Shown here: one piece after another, positions 43,401 through 56,978 of the stretch | How positions within the stretch are numbered: the first letter of the stretch is position 1 | Layout: each line of letters starts with the position of its first letter | Assembly (NCBI RefSeq): GCF_009914755.1 | Contig: NC_060929.1 | Origin: the human T2T-CHM13v2.0 reference genome, Homo sapiens | DNA: 64,000 bases | Strand: one strand, 5' to 3' | Notes under the pieces: model-generated | Told to the model about the DNA's origin: nothing | Seen by the model: only the letters and a program-made list of their open reading frames with translations | The model's database searches: none | Position numbers and translations under genes: made by a program

Positions 43401-46400
43401 CTATATGTTACTGCTTGATGTAATGATGAGGAGTTTGAGCTTCAGGGAGGGGGGATAAGGAAGTCAGGTGGTTGAGCCATTTATCATTTCTGGATCTTCA
43501 GGCTTGCTTAAGCCTGTCTTTCGGGGTTTGAAGTCAAGCCCCTGCCCCAACTTCCTTCTCCATCCTCCCATGTCCATTCGAAGATGTGGAGTAGAGCAAG
43601 GGAAATTTCTCTTCATAAGGCAGAATCTTTATTTCACGTGACCTTCCTGAATATATCTAATGCTCAAACAAAACATAGCAAAGTCTTTGTAACTTATCCA
43701 AATTTTTGTGAAATGCCTGATTTAAAGAACTTTTCCAAAGAATTATGGTTTCAAGTACAAGCAATAATACTGCTTACATAAGGAAGAGAATGACAAGCCC
43801 AAATTGTATGCCCTATTATAAAAATCTCATTAGTAACTGACAGTGTTCATTTGTAATGAGCTTATCCCATGTGTGCATACTAACTGTTGCTGAAAATGGT
43901 CTGTTTGACTTTTCTTTAAGGAAGATGAACATTTTCCCTGTTTATGGGATACACTTACTGAAAACATCATGTACTAATTTCAATTATTCAAATTTAGACT
44001 AGACGGAACCTGTGTCAATGAATTATGCTGTTGAATTATAACAGCCAATATTTGTGAAAGAACAACATCCCATGCAGACACCCTCTTTTCTTTTGAGAAA
44101 GGCCCACCAAGCCTGGATTCCATAAAGTATTCTGGTCTCAGGAAAGAGAATACTATGAAATAGATTGTATTTTTTTTTCCTTTTGGGGGAGGGTTAAGAT
44201 GAGATGTAAGAAGGTGGGTGGGGAGAAACTCCAAGGTAGGAAGCCACACATGGCATTTCTCCTGCTCAATTTTCTAAGTTGATATCAAATATGGGGCCAA
44301 CAAATGACCTTTGACCCAACTTCATTTATAATCTCTTGGGAACTGTGCATTTGCTGTGTCCTCCCAATCTCATGCATTTACTTCCTTAAACTTCTGTCTC
44401 TGTAAAGGACTCAATGCAGCGTAGAGAATAGCTATTTAAAGGGCATGGACCATGCCACCCCTCATTTTATCCCCGCCTGTTAGCACAATGGATGCTGGAG
44501 CTTTTCCAACTATCTGTGAAGATGTGAATGTCTTGTTCTGTGTTATTTACTCTTAGATTGTCTCCAGATTTTAGAATAGGGGTGGAAAGAACTCTAAATG
44601 CAGAGTCAGGACACGTCTTTGAGCACAGAGAGTTGGAAAGTGTATTTTAGTGAAACACTTTCTAAAGAGCTCACAGAGATTAAACAGGTCACCAAGATTT
44701 TGGACAGGAGTTTGAAATTTACTTAATTATTTCTGAGAACAGGGCTGGAGGGAAAAGAGTCTTGGTGGGGATTTGCCACACTGGGTTTGAACCTGGCTGT
44801 ACTTGTTTGGGTCCTCAAGGCATCTTTCTCCTCTCTGTAAAATCTGGGAATTTAACTACTATCATTTCACCTCAAGATAAATTCAGGGACCAAGAAAATT
44901 CCATTGTTTCACAAAACACATTTTCTTGGAACTTCCAGCTAGAAAGGAAGTAGAGAAAGGAGGGCAAATATATTAGTCCAAAGGGAGGGTGATGTGTTTT
45001 GTGGCACTGGGTGGAAGAGGCCCTGTGAGCTGTGCTGTTGCCTGGAATTCACTCTCTAAATGGCTGCTCCACTGTCATCTCCCATGTATGTTCCTGATGG
45101 GGATTTCCAGACATGTTGCTGCCACCAGCATCCTTCTCTCAGGGAAGGGTAGGTTCTTGTCACCAGGAGGCACAGAACCTCAAGAGAAGCACCATGAAAC
45201 CAGGTAACTTGCAACTACTATAGGAAACAGGAGACGACTTAGAGCAATTCCTAGGCGGGAGAGAGGAAGCAAAGTGAGTGGACAGGAGATAGAATGTAGA
45301 TGTCTTCACTACCTATGCATTACTTTCAAAGGAAACATGGCCCGTGAATCCATCCTTGTGAGGAACAGCCAACCCTCTGGCATTTAGGCAAGGCCACTTA
45401 GATTAAGAATTAAAAATCATATTTCAGCAGTTTTCTGTTTCCTATGATAAGGCTCATTTTCAAAATATTACATTTTATTAAACATAATTATATTTGAGCT
45501 TCATTTCCTCCATCATGCTTTTAGTAGCTCTAGTCTTAAGATCTCTGCAACACCCAGATCTATGTTAACCAAACGTGAACTTGTGGTTTCAGTCCTGGGT
45601 CTCAGTCTGACTGCAGGGTAAGAGCTGCAAATGCTTCCAAGAAAAATGTACAGCAAGCAGAATAATGTGACAAAAGCAATCTCTGACACCACTTTGACTT
45701 TATAAAGAAAATCATATCTACTTTATAAAAAATAAACCAAGAATAATTTCAGAAAAGTAATAGTTTCATATTACTTTAAGGGAAATTTCCTTTTAGACTA
45801 AATATCCATAATTGTGCAGTCAGTACATTCAATCCTTTATGCTGTTTTTCCCAAATGGGGCTTGAGGAGATATTTTAAATGAAAAATTACATCATATATT
45901 TCAAGTAGGTCCAGAAAGATATTTGAAATCATATTTCAACCTGTTTCTTAAAGCAAGTGAATGAAATGTGGAGGACCTGGATACACAAGCATTTTGTGAG
46001 ACCATCTAAATATCAGAATATATATTACCAAGATTACAAGTGTTCAGGAACAAAAAGGCAAGAAACAAAATTATGGTATGACACTGTAAATTCCATTCAC
46101 TTTCTAAACTAATAGCCAAATATAGGTTATTCATGTAATGCTTTAAAATTTTAATTTTTCATTGCTTAATGAAAAAATAAGTAATTTGGGGGTTAAAACA
46201 GTTTAATCTTTATAACATGCTTCACTAGTTCATATATTTATATAGTTGTATTATGTTAATTTTTGGCCCCATATTAAGTGGGCTTTTTCAGCTTTTTGGT
46301 CAACTGAAAAATATATATAAAATAATTATACACATATACTTTTATGTATACATATATGTGTATATATGACATATATAAATACATACATATGCATGTATAT

Positions 46401-46914
46401 TTTTTCCTTTAATGGGATCATGAACATTGAAATATGGCTTTCACTAAATAGGGTGGTCTTCCTGGGTCAAGCTTCTTATCTTTGTGTTCATGCTGACTGA
46501 CAGCAGTTCATTCAAGAAAAACCTTGTTTTATGCAAAGAAGAATGGAATAGGGTGTGTTGGAGAGAGGGTAAGTATAATACAACTCAATGCATCATTCAT
46601 CAGCTCAACCTGATACCAACTCTTTGTAAACAGAAAGCCTAATTGGCCTTCCTTATCACATATTTCCTGTTGCCCATGGAAATATTTCTAAAAGTGCTTT
46701 AATACATCCTTATGTCATGTCCTGGCCACCATTCAAAAGGCCTGAAGATAAACAGGAGTGTTATGAGTTTTCCACAGCAGGAAGTGGTCTGCACTTCACT
46801 CTGATGAAATTCATTCCTTTGAGCAGTGGCCATTGCTTAGCACCTCTGGGGAGACCGCACACTCAGAGGCAATACAAAGAAAAATGCCACTAAATTGTCC
46901 CCTAAATGGTAGGA

Positions 46915-46920
46915 TTTATT
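46915..46920 (-). terminator. SEMA5A: SEMA5A distal polyadenylation signal AATAAA (cleavage ~46895)
   Basis: tttatt on +; five UGUA motifs within ~85 nt upstream; GU/U-rich downstream element (gtggcatttttctttgtattg). Consistent with SEMA5A being known to have a very long 3'UTR. Confidence 0.8.
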
Positions 46921-49524
46921 TCAATGCTCACATACAATTGAATGAGACAAACTATTTACATAAAACATAAGTACAAAAAATATAATACAATTTATACTGT
47001 ACACAATCAGGATTCCCTTGTTTTGTTCCCCCCACAAATGGCAGCTAGAGATGGTAAGAAGGGGGTTGGTAGGAAAGTGTGACTGCACACTCAGCAGTGC
47101 TGAGGATAGATCTTCAGAATGCTTTTTCATAAAGATGAATAGGGTTGAGATACAGAAACTGTCAATGCACCAAGAGCAGTAAGAGAGCACAACATATTCA
47201 CTTCTGTAATAATAGCTATATATTTTTTCTTATAAACGTGTTTGTTTCTCAAAGCTGAGGCTTGGAGCAGGTGTGAGTTGCCTTCCATTGATTGGTTAGG
47301 TGACCTCCGCCCACCCCTGCTCCAACTTCCATAGTTGATCCAATGCAGCAGGTAATGAGTTTCCAGTTGCCACAATTGGTGTCTTAAGCTGATTTCAGAA
47401 AACAATGCATCTGTCAGATGTCATTAAGCAACAATCTGGGATACAGACCTAGACAGCTCTCAGGAAGCATTTACAACCAGTGAATTGATGGACAGGAAAG
47501 ATAAAAGTCATGAACATTAGAAATTTCTATTGCGCACATGTAACAAGAAGGTTTTGAAGAATATCAATGCTTCAAATGTAAGGATTGAAAGAAAGTGTGG
47601 TGTGTCCATGGCCCCCTTACAAAGGACCCAGCAATCTACAAGTGTTCTAGCATAGCAACCCAAGATCCATTTTCTCATTCAAACAAAGGGGAAATGTAAA
47701 GCTATCTCATTGTTTTAAAAAGCTAAATTATAATTAAGATACATTGTCTTTTAAAATTAAATTTAAGATCAGTAACTGTCTGCAAGCTTACCAAGGGCTG
47801 AAATTGGCTTTGGAGGAGTTTCACAAAAAAAAAAAAAAAAAAAAAAATCTCAAGTTTATTTTGTGTTCACAAAACAGCCAACAGCAAATTAACGCAGAAT
47901 GAGGCATTTAACATTTGATAACATCTTTAAAAGTTACATCAAGCGGCATAGCACAAAAGTTTTGCTATGCACTTTTGAAGAATCCAACATTGGACCAAAA
48001 GTTTGTGCATTTTCTTGCAGATGATGTAGAATCTCAGTGGTGAAACTAAGTGCTTGGGTTAAAGATTCATACTGTGCTTTGTTTCAAAGTGCAGAGGTTC
48101 AGCTTGCTTTTGGCCAACAGTCATGGTAAAAGAGAAAAACAATCAACTTCAGCAGAGATAATACTATTACTTTTCTTAACCCAAATTAAGAGTGACAACT
48201 TTTGTGAACTTGTGAAGCAGTTTTGATATAAACTTAAAAATAATCAGGCAATGTTGTAGGTGGTTCTCATTCCATGCTCACTGTATCTATACCAGTTGTC
48301 ACCAGCCTGTGTCTGATTTTCCTCTATCTATGGACTTGCCTGAAGAGAAACAGAAACAAAAACCTCTAACTTCTATAGGCATCACGTTAACATTCTTATT
48401 ACAGAACAATCACTATGATTTTTTTTGGAACATGTAAAAATTAAAGTGATGTTAGTTTCTAGAAGGCTAATACTGAAGTCACCTCTCTTCTGAGCATATG
48501 TTGTACCTATTCTGGTTCTACATCCCCAGTGAGGGCAAAAATCATATCTGAAGATGATGTGCTTCTTGGTCATTTTCTATTCCTGAGTTCAAAGAGACAT
48601 AGGAGAATAATTTTCTTTAAAGTAAATCCAATCAATCTTCTCCTTCTAATTAGACCAATAATATCCACATGAAATGATAAATGATCATCTTAAACAAGGC
48701 ACTAGCAACTTTTTCTAGGAAATTAAACTACCGCACTTACAGAGAGGGAAGAAAATGATGCTCTCATTTTAGCAACATGATAAAATAGTTCCGATTTTTC
48801 AGAGTCCAGATTTTGCTCTCAGCTTGTATTTATCAAACATTTGAATCATTTTATTACTGCCATTCATCTAACATTTGGAATATTTGGCATTAAATTGCCA
48901 AAAGGCTGAGAAAGAACAAGATCACATTTCAACTACTGGCCCCAGATTTTAGAGCAAATATGAAGGGGTGGAATAAATTTTCTTGCTTGATTGACAGTTT
49001 AAGAAACACAAAAGAGTGATTTTCTCTTTCCTCTTTCCAGATCTGAAAGTGCCCTTGACTAGTTCCTGCCATTGCGCCAACACTGTAAAACATGTTTGCT
49101 TGAGCAAGAATTGATATTGACTCCGATTGCAGGGAGTAAGCTTGATTGCCTTTCTATGGCAGATATGAGCTAATATGATCCATCAAAAAGGCTGTGTTTT
49201 GAGACAGCTTTCACTAGGAAGTATACATTTTGTGCCAGGCTCTGAATTGGTTTTGATAATGCCCTATGTCGCTTGCAATGTGAACTCTATTTTCAAAAGT
49301 GGATAGGATTCCCTTCCTCATGCTTCTGTAACATGTATCAAATTTCTGATAATGCAACAGATGACCACTGAGTATATCTTTGATCTATCTGCTAAAACAA
49401 TGTGTACAATGCATCTTTAATATAAGTCCATAGGAAAGGAGTATTTAAAGAGTCGTTTTAGAAATCATCACCAGCAGTTCAACATTACATCTTATTTACC
49501 TTTTCTATTACCAAAAGAGAAAAG

Positions 49525-49618
49525 AAGCAAGGATTAAAGCAACATATTTTCCTTTGCTTTATTAGGTTAACAAGCAAGGATTAAAGCAACATATTTTCCT
49601 TTGCTTTATTAGGTTAAC
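49525..49618. repeat. Perfect 2 x 47 bp tandem duplication
   Basis: aagcaaggattaaagcaacatattttcctttgctttattaggttaac occurs twice with no mismatch. Confidence 0.97.
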
Positions 49619-50591
49619 ATAGCAGATAACCTGAATTCCTTGGCTTAGTGTTTGTAGAGTTTAAAAAAAAATCTTTAAATCCATTATAATTAATGACCTC
49701 AATAGGGCAGAATAGCAGAAATAAATTTCACGATGATCCCCTGTCCCCAAACATTTTATCTTACATTGTGCATGGCATTCCCTTTTATGCGTTTCTTAGG
49801 TCAAAGTGAACATTTCTCTATGTTCTCCCATTTCACCCACTGCCCAAAGAAGTAAGGGGCTCAAATGGCATCTAGGGTCTGATAAGATAAGCGTAGGTAA
49901 TTGCAGATAACCATAGGTAATCAAATATTGGTAACGTTGTGTCAACATGCTTCCCCAAGTGCATCAGGAAGTGATGAAGAAGTTAGGATGAACAAATGGG
50001 CTAGGCAAGGCCAAGGCCATCTGTAAACTCCAGTTTGTACCATATCATAAGTGGTGAAGAATTTGCATATAGTTAAGGTTATTAGTACCGTCATAGAAAT
50101 TGATTATTGGAGGTGTGGGGCTTAAGCACAGCCCTGCCATGTGGAAAATGGTTATGCAGTCGCTGTTAATTTTATCAACCATTAGTACCTGTTGCCTCTG
50201 GTTCTGTGTTCCAGAGCCATCTCTTGAGATAGAAATGCTGAGGTCAATGGAGTTACCCCCAATGACACACACAAGAAAACCCCATTGAAGTGTAAAGGAT
50301 ACCCGGACCCTAAAGAAAGCTGATGGTTCAGGGACAAAGTTGAAGAAGTATCTTGACAGTATTGGGGAAATATTTATGATTTATTCTAAAAGCAAAAGGA
50401 ACACTGCAAATAAGCAAATGAATATTTGTAAATTCAAATGCTAACAAGGCTGTGTTTAGACAAAACGATTAGCTGAGTATAGACTTGATATATGTTTAAG
50501 GTAAAATTCCCTTTGATATTCAATTATACGCTAATGGATCCCCTTAGAGAGCCACTTGGGGACATAGAGACCCCCCGCTAAGACTTTGTTC

Positions 50592-50912
<321 letters not shown>

Positions 50913-53900
50913 TGACCTGCTAATTCTACCAGAGACTCCAGTGGGAACACTCAGCAAAATAGGCTTTGACTCCCACAGTTTCCATCCTTTTGCAGATAAA
51001 TAAGGAAGTAAGTACACCTTTGGCTAAAACTCTGGCACTCTGGGCAGTTGATCCTGGCAGAGTCCAAGGGTCAGACCCATGGACCTGTGAAGTGGGCAAC
51101 CGTTTCCGGGAACTGTCCATAGCACTTGCTGGGGTGACCAGGTCCTGCCTTTCACGTCACCTACTTATCCGACTATTTCCTCCATTTGCTTCTTTTCTAT
51201 TTGCCATCACCTGTGACCCGATGGGGCCAGACCCCTGGTTCATCCCAAACCACATGACATGAACGGACTCTTCCTAGGGACAGAGGTTTCTCCCCAGCAG
51301 GGATGCCCTCACCCTCATTCAATGTTTATCGTCTCTTTTCAATTCCTTTAGAACCTCAGCCCCACACATACATTTATTAAATGTTCTTTTCTTCTCAAAT
51401 ATGAATGGTAACTCTAGTGAGAGCCTACTTGAACAGGCTTAGGGAACCATCCCTACAAACATGAAGAAGCTGAGATGCCTCATGTAAGTCACAAGAAGCA
51501 GCAGCATAGAAATATGCTCAGAGGGGAATGGGGAGTTCTGGAGGGAACGCCATGAGTCTGGAGACTGTGGCTCTTCTGTGCGGTGGAGCCTGACCACGTG
51601 CCCCCTGAGTTCCTTAGAATTCACTAAGTCCATATCATTCAGAGGTTACAAAACCCCAGTTTCACCAAAGCTACATGTCCCTGGAGCTACAGGAAGCCCA
51701 CATGTTGTGTAGTGTGCAGAAATTCTGTTCTTCTCCTTCCTGTAAACTGTCAGTGCACTGTAAAATCAATAGTAGATGGTGATGAGTCTGGCCTCAAGAA
51801 AGGACCCTGAATAGCACTGGGAGCCACTTTCAAAGAATTTAAATGTAAGACTAAAGCCAAGCGAGCTTCCTCATGAAAACCAGCCTATCTGCAACTGTAT
51901 TCAGAAATAATTTTAGAAGTTAAATAGTGATTAATGTCATTTTACATCAGGTGCAGAAAGGTGTAGCTTAAAACTATGTGTTGGTTTTTGTTCCACTTGT
52001 ACCAAGAAAATAGGAAGAAAGGAAGAATTAAAGAAAGAAGAAAGGAAAGAAGAAAAGAAGGCAGGAAGGAAGAACAAAAGGAGGGAATGAAGGACAAAAA
52101 CAAAGATAAAGAAAGAGAGAATGAAAAGGTCATTCAGGAATTTAAAATGTGAACCGCAAAGTTTCACCAGGACTTCCAAACAGCCCAGGCCTAAGGAAGA
52201 GCGGCTTTATGAAGGAGTTTCCAAGACAGGTGAGAGATCACACTGTGAAAGTCCAACATGTGAGGGTTCACGCGATAAGCGTGGAGTACAGAGCCAGAAC
52301 ATGTGAACGGTAGCTACACAGTGATGGACAAACACAACTTATTCCACAGCTGGTAAAATACTTAGAATATATCTGAAATTATCTAAACACTTGCTATTCT
52401 GTCAAATAAGAGAGAGAGAGAAAGGAAGAGAGATAAACAATTTTCCTTTGAACAGTGTGGTACGAAACAAAAATGGGATTCTTTTGCAATGCTAATTTCA
52501 AAGGTTTGTTTATATTATTAACAACATGAAGATCCTGTAGTGAGGGAGGGTGTTTTTCCCAAGTCATTGCAAAAGACTCATTAAAGACCAGCTTCGATGC
52601 CATTTAGAAACCATTTCCCATCAATTCCAGTGAAACATTCTTGAAATATTAGAATCCTCTTTACCAGGGAAAATAAAATGTCCCTTTAAGCTTACAAACT
52701 ATTAGGGAAGAAGACTCAAAAATAACTAAAATGTGCTACAAAGTGAAAATGTTTTTTTCTTACAAGAAACTGATGAGATGAGTTGAAATATCTGATGATG
52801 AAAATCCAGCCGAGGAACAATTGGAGAACCATCCGGCTAGATTTCCCCTACTGAGTATGGACTTTGAGCATGTGCATATAGACAGAAGACTCTGACATAT
52901 GAGGAATGAGTGAGAGGCAACATGAAGTCCCCACTGCAAAGACCCTGAATGTCATTAATCCAAAATAACTTACAGAGCCCACCTGCCATTTCAATACTGT
53001 GTCATCTCTGTAAATCTGGGTATATGAGAATATTTTGAACTCAACAATATTCATTATTAAACATAGAATTCTTCTAACACTTTCTGAAATTGTTTCTTTA
53101 AATTAGAAACAAAGATAAGGGTAAAATCACATATGCTAATAAAATTCTATGTTCCTTAGTCCCCCTACTATATTTTCTTTCATAGATCCGAAGGTTCATT
53201 TGTAAGAACACGTTTCCATGTCTACCCAGGACTTTATCACATGCTCAGAGGCATCAGATGAACTTTTTCAGTCGTGTTCTTTTTTTCAATAATTATTCAA
53301 CCAACTGCCATAGGTTATGTATTGGTTGTTTGTGAGAAAATTATATATTTTTTTCCAGGGACCTCTGTGAATGGTGTTAGCACACTCTTAAATGCTTATC
53401 GATGATCAGTGAAGAGACCACAGGGATCCCAAAAACCCTTACTTCCAGCTATCCTGACTTCCCAAGGTACATCTTGAAATGCTGTTGCCTCCATGCAGGG
53501 AGAGGTGAGGGTGAATGGACTGGGTGGGTGGGAAGGCAGCACTGAAATAAAAGAAAAGGCACCAGAGCTGAGCATCTCCTGCTCCCCTGGCCTGGAGGCA
53601 GCAAGTAACAGCAGAAACTGGGGGTAGCACTTCGTGTGGACCTGGCAGACTCCAGAAAGCCAGCTTTACATGGCATTAATGCTCATGGTAGGGGCTGATT
53701 GCCACACATTGGGTATATCAGAGAGATGAAAAATAAAATGATTATCATTAATATCAGTTCTTTCAATATTTTCAATAACATAAAAAGTTGCTTTTAGTTA
53801 TAATTTAGTATTTTCAATACTTTCACTAATTGACATCATAAATGTTCAAGATTTTTCTTTGCAGGGAGAGAGAAGGCATGGAGTCTATCCAAACGCTAAG

Positions 53901-54758
53901 TAAGTGGTTGGTTATTTTACAGACTGGCTCTTCAGGACGTCACTATGGACCAGACAGGTGGACTTCCAGGCCAACAGCATGGCAAGGAGCTTCCTGGAAT
54001 GCCATGAAATCCAAAAGTCAGAATAAGGTGAGTTTTGCAGCAACCTGCAGAACACATCCACGCTTCATTGTGCCTGAGCCTCTGCTCCGCTGCCTCCACC
54101 AGCACCAGCAATGGCACAGAAACTGCATCAGGAGCAAGGTGGGGTGCCTCACAGTCTACTGTAACTTCTGCCGGTGTGGACCAGGTGGAATTCCTGGGCT
54201 TCCCAGGCAAGATGAAAACACTCAAGCTGCTTCCAAGAATCCCACAGCTTTATCCAGATTTGGAAAGTTGGGCAATCCATGGTGAATAATTGTTTGGCCA
54301 CATTCTTTTTCTTCATTTTATGAAATATTATGGACCTATGCACTTCTTGTGGAAGGAGCAGGTCTTTCAGAGAAAGTGCCTATTTTCTTGAATTACAACA
54401 TCATGAAGATTTACACTCCAAAGTTCTAAAGAAAGACTCCTTCCAATGTGGGTGGCACATTTATAAAATAATGCTCAAAAAACAAACCAATGGACTTGTC
54501 AGAAAAATAGGATGAACACAATTAAAAACTTCACACCCTGGCTCATTCAACAATGGTCAAGATTTTCACGATGTCTTATTTCAATTTTTGTTGCTTTTAA
54601 AGACGTGTATTTTTGGCAGCAATGGGACACTCTGGTGGCTTGAAATGCACTTGAAATGTATCCAAACTTCGACTCTGAAGCCTCAGAAACATGGGCAGTC
54701 ATGGGGCACAGGCCTTGAGGAACTGGGGATTTACAAGAAGCCAAAAACATGAAAGCTG

Positions 54759-54878
54759 TTAGTACTCATCATAATTATTGAGATCTGTAAAGTAGGCATT
54801 AGAATAGGTCTTCCCAGTGAGATGTGGGTTGAAGTATTTGTTTCTTTCCTCTAGGATCAAGTTGTTTTTGTTAAATGC
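54759..54878 (-). CDS. SEMA5A: Semaphorin-5A last coding exon (cytoplasmic tail)
   Basis: ttttccag|GCA; AFNKNNLILEERNKYFNPHLTGKTYSNAYFTDLNNYDEY*, TAA at 54759-54761. Phase 0 matches the previous exon. Confidence 0.96.
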   Translation of the reverse strand, partial: AFNKNNLILEERNKYFNPHLTGKTYSNAYFTDLNNYDEY

Positions 54879-56235
54879 CTGGAAAATATATTAAAAAAAA
54901 AACAGGTTTAAGAATGCTGAGTAGCATTTCAGAAATAATATAACAAGGATGACTATTATGTTGAATTTGAGCTCTCTGCTAAGACTCCATATTTTAAAAT
55001 ATGTTTTCTTATTTATTTGCTTCCCCAGATTATTTGCCTCATGGAGGACTTGCCTAATTACCAGAATAAGGTTGGCAGTTTGTGATATCTTCTGGTTAAG
55101 TTTTCAACTTTAGTTATGAAGTTACCACGAGAAGCAGGAGGTAAGAAAATCTAAATCTAAATCTCTAGAAAACCTAAAACTATAATGATTTCAAATTAAC
55201 AGACACTTTGACTGTAACTGAATATATATAACTAAATTCGTATTCATATAACTGAATAGATATATAAGCAGCTTTCAGATGACCATGGGTGAGGACATTT
55301 ATCGGAGACCTTGATGGAACTTATTTAAGTAAGGGCCTCAGGTTTCAAATGCCTTAATTGCTTTTCATCCTGAACTTATTAGAAGGTGATCACTGTAGCC
55401 ATTTTCTATTAATAGTCATTAAAGTCACCTGCAGTTTCAAAGAGCTTCAACTGAGCCAGGTAGAACATATATATTGAGAGGATTAAAATGAAGATGAAGG
55501 AGGGTGCCCAATGGCCATCTGTCCAGGGTTAGTCTGGGCAAAGTATCAGACAAATGTTCTAGAAGGATTCGTTAAAGACTGGACAGCTGTCCGTACCTTC
55601 AACGTCCTTTATCTTCATGAGAGAAACATTTCTGATTATCTTAAAAGTGGCTGCTGAATCTTCAGTGGGAACACAGGACTGGGTAAATTACCTTCTGATG
55701 CCCATAGTAACAGTGATCAGAGACAAGCTGATGTGTTGGAATCATGCTCAGAGGAGCCCCTTTCTTGAGATCCAAATGTTTGTTTTGAAAGCTGTTGTTC
55801 ATGGAAGGAGCTCGTGTTCCTCTTTGGGCTTCCTCCCTACTCTAGGAGCTAGTTTCTGAGAGGCCAGGAGGGGCGTGTTATTAATTCCTGGTGCTTCATT
55901 CCCCAGATCTACCATCTGAGTGAGGGGAGATGCTCATGGCTTGTGGATCTTGGTTTAAGCAGGGTCCAAGGGGAAAAGTCAATTGGTGTGTCTCCATACA
56001 GGTGGTGGAGAATAGAGGCCACATGGCTAAGAGACAAGTATGGACATTGTGGCTCCTGGGACATAAGTTCTCCCAGCCACCTGAAGTCGTAAGGACTAAA
56101 GATGTTTCTTATTCTCACATAGGGAGAAAATTCAGTTTCAAAGGAAACCACCACAGCAGAGAAAGGGCATCAAAATACTCCCTACAAGTGTTAAGGAAAA
56201 CCAGGCACTTAGCAGAAATATTAAAATTCACTTAC

Positions 56236-56447
56236 CTTGATGGCCTCCACCGAGTCGTACTTGTCCAGTTTGTTGATGTGGTTGGTTATGCTGGTATTAA
56301 GGGGGGCAGGTGAGACGGGGTGGATGACAGTCGCATCGTGGGATTGCTGCTGGTACCGCTGGCAGTAAGTATAGACGAGCAGGGTGAGGAGGCAGCCGAG
56401 GATGGAGCTGCTCAGCCCCACGGCGATCATGTGGAACATGTTGAACT
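56236..56447 (-). CDS. SEMA5A: Semaphorin-5A transmembrane exon
   Basis: ccctag|AG ... AAG|gtaagt, 212 nt; (E)FNMFHMIAVGLSSSILGCLLTLLVYTYCQRYQQQSHDATVIHPVSPAPLNTSITNHINKLDKYDSVEAIK. Confidence 0.97.
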
Positions 56448-56521
56448 CTAGGGAGACATGAGCAAAGTGATGCCACACTTGAAAAGAACATCCTGCCTAG
56501 CTACTCAAAGCACTAGGATGA

Positions 56522-56978
<457 letters not shown>

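Noticed and set aside
52010-52125. Purine-rich tract giving a hydrophobic minus-strand ORF
   Set aside because: Low-complexity (GAA/GGAA) sequence; no coding evidence.
53842-54289. 147-aa, 97-aa and 84-aa ORFs in the SEMA5A 3'UTR region
   Set aside because: No recognisable domain; consistent with chance ORFs in a locally GC-richer stretch.
56221-56478. 85-aa stand-alone membrane protein from the ORF track
   Set aside because: It is the SEMA5A TM exon read through into flanking intron sequence.
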